From the NCBI GenBank assembly GCA_041611735.1, contig JBFIML010000076.1:1-11811 (forward strand): a DNA stretch of 11,811 nt. Reading direction: 5' to 3'. The translations under genes were made by a program, and so were the position numbers. This stretch comes from Myxococcota bacterium (GTDB taxonomy: Bacteria; Myxococcota_A; UBA9160; PR03). The notes below the pieces were generated by a model. It saw nothing but the letters and a program-made list of their open reading frames with translations. It had not been told where the DNA came from and searched no databases. Below, one piece after another: positions 7,359 through 11,811 of the stretch (the stretch's first letter is position 1; the number at the start of each line of letters is the position of its first letter).

Positions 7359-9241
7359 GCCCCACGCTGCTGGAGGGGATCCGATGCCCCGCCGACCTGC
7401 GACGGCTCCCGCGCGAGCGAATGGCCGAGGTGGCGCACGCCCTGCGTCACGAGATCGTCGAGCGCGTCTCGCGCACCGGCGGGCACCTGGCGTCGAGCCT
7501 CGGCGCCGTCGAGCTGATCACGGCACTCCACTACGTCTTCGACACGCCGCGCGACCGGCTCGTCCTGGACGTGGGCCACCAGGGCTATGCCCACAAGATG
7601 CTGACCGGACGCCGGGAGACCTTCGACCGCATCGGCCAGGACGGCGGCATCGGCAAGTTCCTGCGCCGCAGCGAGTCCCCGTACGACCACTTCGGTGCGG
7701 GACACGCCGGTACCTCGATCTCCGCCGCCCTGGGCATCGCGCGCGCCCTGCAGCACCGCGGAGAGCCGGGCCGCGCCATCGCCATGATCGGCGACGGCGG
7801 CATGACGGCCGGCATGGCCTTCGAGGCCCTGAACCACGCCGGCGAGCTTCGCCAGCGCAACCTGGTGGTGGTGCTCAACGACAACGAGATGTCGATCTCG
7901 CCCAACGTGGGTGCGCTCAGCTCGTTCCTCTCGCGCAAGCTGTCCGCGCCCATGGCCCGGCGCATGAAGGGATGGGTCAAGGAGGTGCTGGGTTCCCTGC
8001 CCGGGGACATGGTGCACTGGGCGCAGAAGGCCGAGGAGTCGCTCAAGGTCTTCTTCTCGCCGGGGCTCCTGTTCGAGGCGCTCGGCTTCCGGTACGTGGG
8101 TCCCATCCAGGGCCACCGCATGGACGTGGTGCTGGAGACCTTCGAGAACGTCCGGCGCATGATCGAGGCCGGCGATGGGCCCGTGGTGGTGCACGCCATC
8201 ACGGCGAAGGGGCACGGCTACGAGCCGGCGGAGCGCGATCCGCTCACCTACCACGGGGTGACCCCCTTCGAGGTCTCGTCGGGTCGCATGGCCAGCGGCA
8301 AGGGCGGTCCGCCCTCCTACACGCGCGTCTTCTCGGACACGCTGATCCAGCTGGCAGGCGAGGACGAGCGCATCGTGGGGATCACCGCGGCCATGCCCGG
8401 TGGCACCGGCCTGGACCGCTTCCAGGCCGCCTTCCCCGAGCGCTTCTACGACGTGGGGATCGCCGAGCAGCATGCCGTCACCTTCGCGGCGGGTCTCGCC
8501 ACCGAGGGGCTCAAGCCCGTCGCCGCCATCTACTCGACCTTCCTGCAGCGCGCCTACGATCAGGTGGTCCACGACGTGTGCGTCCAGAACCTGGACGTGA
8601 CCCTGGCCCTCGACCGGGCCGGGCTGGTGGGCGCCGACGGGGCCACCCATCAGGGCTTCTACGATCTGGCCTATCTGCGCACGTTGCCCAACATGGTGGT
8701 CATGGCGCCCAAGGACGAGAACGAGCTGCGTCACATGCTGCGCACCGCCATCGAGCATCCGGGCCCGGCAGCGCTGCGCTACCCGCGGGGCGCCGGATTC
8801 GGGGTGCCGCTCGATCCCGACGTAAAGTCGCTGCCGATCGGTGAGGCGGAGCTGCTGCGCGACGGCGATCACGTGCTGCTGGTGGCGATCGGAACGCTGG
8901 CCCACCCGGCCCTGGAGGCCGCCGGGGAGCTGGCGGCCCAGGGCATCTCCGCCGCGGTGCTCAATGCGCGCTTCGTGAAGCCCGTGGACGCGACCCGCAT
9001 CGCGGACCTCGCCCGGCGCTGCGGGGCCGTGGTGACCCTGGAGGAGCACAGCGCTCTCGGGGGCTTCGGCGGCGCCGTGCTCGAAGCCCTCGCCGCGGCG
9101 GGCGTGGCGGTGCCCGCCCGCTGCCTCGCGGTGCCCGACCGGCTCGTCGAACACGGCAGCCCCGGCGCGCAACGGCACGCCTTCGGCCTGGAACCGCAGG
9201 GCATCGTACAGGCCACCCTCGGGCTGCTCGGCCGCGGGTAG
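7355..9241 (+). CDS. dxs: 1-deoxy-D-xylulose-5-phosphate synthase
   Basis: GGHLASSLG, DVGHQGYAHK, FGAGHAGTSISAALG, ThDP motif GDGGMTAGMAFEALN...LNDNEMSIS, DVGIAEQHAVT, YSTFLQRAYDQ, DRAGLVGADGATHQG and RYPRG. ATG 7355 has GGAGG upstream and an ATGA overlap with ispA. Confidence 0.97.
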   Translation: MSPTLLEGIRCPADLRRLPRERMAEVAHALRHEIVERVSRTGGHLASSLGAVELITALHYVFDTPRDRLVLDVGHQGYAHKMLTGRRETFDRIGQDGGIGKFLRRSESPYDHFGAGHAGTSISAALGIARALQHRGEPGRAIAMIGDGGMTAGMAFEALNHAGELRQRNLVVVLNDNEMSISPNVGALSSFLSRKLSAPMARRMKGWVKEVLGSLPGDMVHWAQKAEESLKVFFSPGLLFEALGFRYVGPIQGHRMDVVLETFENVRRMIEAGDGPVVVHAITAKGHGYEPAERDPLTYHGVTPFEVSSGRMASGKGGPPSYTRVFSDTLIQLAGEDERIVGITAAMPGGTGLDRFQAAFPERFYDVGIAEQHAVTFAAGLATEGLKPVAAIYSTFLQRAYDQVVHDVCVQNLDVTLALDRAGLVGADGATHQGFYDLAYLRTLPNMVVMAPKDENELRHMLRTAIEHPGPAALRYPRGAGFGVPLDPDVKSLPIGEAELLRDGDHVLLVAIGTLAHPALEAAGELAAQGISAAVLNARFVKPVDATRIADLARRCGAVVTLEEHSALGGFGGAVLEALAAAGVAVPARCLAVPDRLVEHGSPGAQRHAFGLEPQGIVQATLGLLGRG

Positions 9242-9248
9242 AGATCCG

Positions 9249-9995
9249 CTGCTGCGACGCCGCCTCGACGAGCGACTCGTCGACGAGGGGCTCGCGGAGA
9301 GTCGCACGCGCGCCCAGGCCCTGATCCGCACGGGGCGCGTCCTGGTGGACGACGTGCCGGTGGACAAGCCCGGCACGCGGGTCCCCGACGCGGCCCGTCT
9401 GCGCCTGCGCGGAGGCGAGCGGCGCTACGCGTCGCGGGGGGGCGACAAGCTGGCGGGCGCCCTGGAGGACCTGGGCGTCGACCCCGCCGGCCGGGTGTGC
9501 CTGGACCTGGGGGCGTCGAGTGGGGGGTTCACGGACTGCCTGCTGCGACACGGCGCCCGGCGCGTGGTCGCTGTGGACGTGGGCTACGGCCAGCTCGACC
9601 CGCGCCTGCGCGGCGACCCGCGCGTGGTGGTCCGGGAGCGCACCAATGCCCGCCAACTGGCGGCCGACGCGCTCCCCGAGGCCGTGGATCTGGTGACCAT
9701 CGACGTCTCCTTCATCTCGGTGCGCCTGATCCTGCCCCGGCTGGCCGAGATCGCCGCCCAGGCGGAGCTGCTCGTGCTCGTGAAGCCCCAGTTCGAGGTG
9801 GGGCGCGGGCAGGTGGGGCGCGGCGGCGTGGTGCGCGACGACGCCCTGCGCGCCCGCGCGGTCGACCGGGTGCGCGAGACGGCGGAGGCCCTCGGCTGGG
9901 CCGCCGTGGGTACGTGCGAGAGCCGGCTGCCCGGACCGAAGGGCAACCGGGAGATCTTCCTGCATCTTCGTCCCCGCGGGCGAGCCTCCGCTTGA
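9249..9995 (+). CDS. tlyA: TlyA-family rRNA 2'-O-methyltransferase (S4 domain plus FtsJ-like MTase); start codon uncertain
   Basis: In-frame S4 sequence RRRLDERLVDEGLAESRTRAQALIRTGRV lies upstream of the ORF-track start at 9345. It continues with YASRGGDKL, LDLGASSGGFTDCLL, DVGYGQL, DVSFIS, LVKPQFE and GNREIF (K-D-K-E tetrad present). Follows dxs as usual. Confidence 0.9.
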   Translation: MLRRRLDERLVDEGLAESRTRAQALIRTGRVLVDDVPVDKPGTRVPDAARLRLRGGERRYASRGGDKLAGALEDLGVDPAGRVCLDLGASSGGFTDCLLRHGARRVVAVDVGYGQLDPRLRGDPRVVVRERTNARQLAADALPEAVDLVTIDVSFISVRLILPRLAEIAAQAELLVLVKPQFEVGRGQVGRGGVVRDDALRARAVDRVRETAEALGWAAVGTCESRLPGPKGNREIFLHLRPRGRASA

Positions 9996-10019
9996 CGTTC
10001 CCCGCCGGGGATCTACCTT
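9992..10019 (+). promoter_or_regulatory. Putative sigma70-type promoter for the Fe-S carrier/desulfurase pair
   Basis: TTGACG (9992-9997, contains the tlyA TGA), 16-nt spacer, TACCTT (10014-10019). SD GGAGG at 10038-10042 lies 8 nt before ATG 10051. Confidence 0.6.
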
Positions 10020-10050
10020 TTCACGGTTCGATCGATGGGAGGCGACGGGA

Positions 10051-10383
10051 ATGCCCGTGGTCGAGGTGACGGCCGCCGCGGCGGAGCGCATCAAGCAGCT
10101 GCTGGACCGCGACGGAAAGCTCGAGAGTCATGCCATGCGCATGAAGGTCGTGGGCGGCGGCTGCTCCGGCCTGCAGTACCAGCTCGCCTTCGACGACCGC
10201 GTCGGGGAGGACGACGCCACCCTCGAGCTGCACGGCGTGCGCGTCGTGGTGGACGAGAAGAGCGCGCTCTATCTGGCCGGATCGGTGCTCGACTTCGTGG
10301 ACACGCTCCAGGAGTCCGGTTTCAAGATCACGAACCCGAACGCGCAGAGCACCTGCGGGTGCGGCCAGTCCTTCGGCGCCTGA
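10051..10383 (+). CDS. A-type iron-sulfur cluster carrier (HesB/IscA/ErpA family)
   Basis: VTAAAAERIK, VVGGGCSGLQY, VVVDEKSALYL.GSVLDF and GFKITNPNA.STCGCGQSF, with all three conserved Cys. The subfamily cannot be fixed by eye. Confidence 0.94.
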   Translation: MPVVEVTAAAAERIKQLLDRDGKLESHAMRMKVVGGGCSGLQYQLAFDDRVGEDDATLELHGVRVVVDEKSALYLAGSVLDFVDTLQESGFKITNPNAQSTCGCGQSFGA

Positions 10384-10394
10384 GCCGACCGCCA

Positions 10395-10411
10395 GCCTCC
10401 CGCGGGGAGGC
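10395..10411 (+). promoter_or_regulatory. Hairpin sequestering the desulfurase Shine-Dalgarno
   Basis: GCCTCCC (10395-10401) pairs perfectly with GGGAGGC (10405-10411), 3-nt loop. ATG is at 10414. Confidence 0.5.
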
Positions 10412-10413
10412 CG

Positions 10414-11598
10414 ATGACCGTCCAACCGCCCGTCTACCTGGACCACCACGCCACCACGCCCGTGGACCCGCGCGTGCTCGACGCGATGCTGCCCTGGTTC
10501 AGCCGCGACTTCGGCAACGCGGCGAGCCGTACCCATGTGTTCGGCTGGCGGGCCGAAGCCGCAGTGGAGGCAGCCCGGGAGGGCCTGGCCCGGGCCTGTG
10601 GGGCCGGCTCGGATCGGGAGATCGTCTTCACCAGCGGTGCCACCGAGAGCAACAACCTGGCCCTGTTCGGCGCGGTGCGCGCCCGCGCCGGCGGCGGAGC
10701 GCACGTGGTGACGGTGGCGACCGAGCATCCCTCGGTGCTCGATCCGTGCCGGGCGCTGGCGGCCCGGGGCGTGCGCGTCACGGTGCTGCCCGTGGACCGC
10801 GCGGGCCTGGTGGACCCGGACGCGGTGCGCGCCGCCCTGGACGACGACACGATCCTGGTCTCGGTGATGGCCGCGAACAACGAGATCGGCGTGCTCCAGC
10901 CCCTCGCCGAGATCGGCGCAGCGTGTCGGGAACGAGGCGTGCTGTTCCACACGGACGCCGCCCAGGCGCTGGGCAAGGTGCCGCTCTGCTTCGCCCGCCT
11001 GCCGCTGGACCTGGCCTCCTTCTGCGCCCACAAGGTCTACGGTCCCAAGGGAGTCGGGGCGCTCTACGTGCGCGCGGGACGACCGCGCGTGCGGCTCGAG
11101 CCGATCCTCTACGGCGGCGGTCACGAGCGGGGGCTGCGTGCGGGGACGCTTCCGGTGCCGCTCATCGTGGGTTTCGCGCGCGCCGTGGAGCTGGCCGTCG
11201 CCGAGCGGGAGGACGAGGCGCGGCGCCTCGCTGGCCTGCGCGACCGCCTCTGGCAGCGCCTGCAAGAAGGGCTCGACGGCGTCTCGTACAACGGCGACCG
11301 GGAGCGGCGGCTGGCCGGCAATCTGAACGTCTCGTTCGCCGGCGTGGACGGGGATGCGCTACTGGCCGGGCTCGACGACCTGGCCGTCTCCTCCGGCTCG
11401 GCCTGCAGCTCGGCCCGCCCGGAGCCGAGCCACGTGCTCAAGGCCCTGGGGCTTCCGGACGATCTGGTGCGAGCCTCGCTGCGTTTCGGTCTCGGGCGCT
11501 CCAACACGGTGGAGGAGGTGGATTGGGCCGCGGGCCGGGTGGTGGAGGAGGTGCGGGCGCTGCGCAGCCGGGCATCCCGATCGGCCGCGCACCGCTGA
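10414..11598 (+). CDS. iscS: Group I cysteine desulfurase (IscS/NifS family, PLP-dependent)
   Basis: YLDHHATTP, FGNAAS, FTSGATESNN, ANNEIG, HTDAAQ, PLP lysine AHKVYGPKGVG, GGGHERGLRAGT, catalytic Cys loop SSGSACSS, PSHVL.A.G and SLRFGLGR. Confidence 0.92.
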   Translation: MTVQPPVYLDHHATTPVDPRVLDAMLPWFSRDFGNAASRTHVFGWRAEAAVEAAREGLARACGAGSDREIVFTSGATESNNLALFGAVRARAGGGAHVVTVATEHPSVLDPCRALAARGVRVTVLPVDRAGLVDPDAVRAALDDDTILVSVMAANNEIGVLQPLAEIGAACRERGVLFHTDAAQALGKVPLCFARLPLDLASFCAHKVYGPKGVGALYVRAGRPRVRLEPILYGGGHERGLRAGTLPVPLIVGFARAVELAVAEREDEARRLAGLRDRLWQRLQEGLDGVSYNGDRERRLAGNLNVSFAGVDGDALLAGLDDLAVSSGSACSSARPEPSHVLKALGLPDDLVRASLRFGLGRSNTVEEVDWAAGRVVEEVRALRSRASRSAAHR

Positions 11599-11608
11599 GC
11601 CAGCTGCC

Positions 11609-11636
11609 TCGACAGCCATCCCGGTGCCGCTACCCT
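11609..11636 (+). promoter_or_regulatory. Possible sigma70-type promoter downstream of the desulfurase gene
   Basis: TCGACA (11609-11614), 16-nt spacer, TACCCT (11631-11636). Same geometry as the 9992-10019 candidate. Confidence 0.4.
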
Positions 11637-11801
11637 GAGTCCTCCGGGGCGTGGTCCCGCGGGCCCGTCGTCCAGACCTGCCGACCCACCGAGCCACGAC
11701 CTTTGACCGACTAACTCTGAGCAACAACCTGCGAGCGACAACCTGGACGGACGAACGGGACGGGGTGTGACTTGACCAGGCGACGCGGCACGAACCTGAC
11801 C

Positions 11802-11811
11802 TGGCACGCCA
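11802..11811 (+). promoter_or_regulatory. Sigma54 -24-like box; the -12 box would lie outside the window
   Basis: TGGCACG at 11802-11808 matches the -24 half of TGGCACG-N4-TTGC. The window ends before the -12 half. Confidence 0.3.

Noticed and set aside
6824..9376. 850-aa minus-strand ORF
   Set aside because: Antisense shadow of ispA and dxs, with no domain-like sequence.
10045..10058. 5-bp hairpin ACGGG-AATG-CCCGT placing the carrier gene start codon in a loop
   Set aside because: Too short to distinguish from chance, and the SD stays accessible.
10035..11714. 559-aa plus-strand alternative-frame ORF, and similar R/G/P/A-rich ORFs such as 3971-5056, 5060-6217 and 7300-8844
   Set aside because: Low-complexity off-frame translations that overlap well-supported genes.
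11646..11811. tmRNA, tRNA or 6S RNA interpretation (GGGGCG start, window ending in CCA)
   Set aside because: I found no T-arm TTCGA motif, proper acceptor stem or tag frame. The terminal CCA is only where the window is cut, and the pairing is too patchy for a confident 6S call.
1..11811. CRISPR array, IS/integrase, prophage or anti-phage system
   Set aside because: I found no spaced direct repeats, transposase or recombinase motifs, or compositional island. Nearly all the sequence is explained by housekeeping genes.

Overview
Very GC-rich bacterial DNA (by eye above 70%) carrying twelve co-oriented + strand genes, mostly conserved housekeeping: small hypothetical gene, ftsE, ftsX, envC-like M23 protein, S41 C-terminal protease, xseA, xseB, ispA, dxs, tlyA, then an A-type Fe-S carrier (HesB/IscA/ErpA family) and a group I cysteine desulfurase. 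Gene order and protein style suggest a Myxococcota/deltaproteobacterial-type genome (inference). I see no mobile element, CRISPR array, tRNA, rRNA or defence island, and I cannot honestly claim a whole new system. The best leads are: (1) an uncharacterised protein translationally coupled to ftsE; (2) a Cys-flanked, repeat-derived insertion in the protease PDZ domain; (3) an IspA lacking the conserved loop after its second Asp-rich motif; (4) tlyA with an intact S4 domain but no canonical start codon; (5) promoter hexamers built on stop codons; (6) an anti-SD hairpin over the desulfurase RBS; (7) a structured, repeat-containing non-coding region at the right end with a sigma54 -24-like box. All family calls come from motif recognition; no searches were run.
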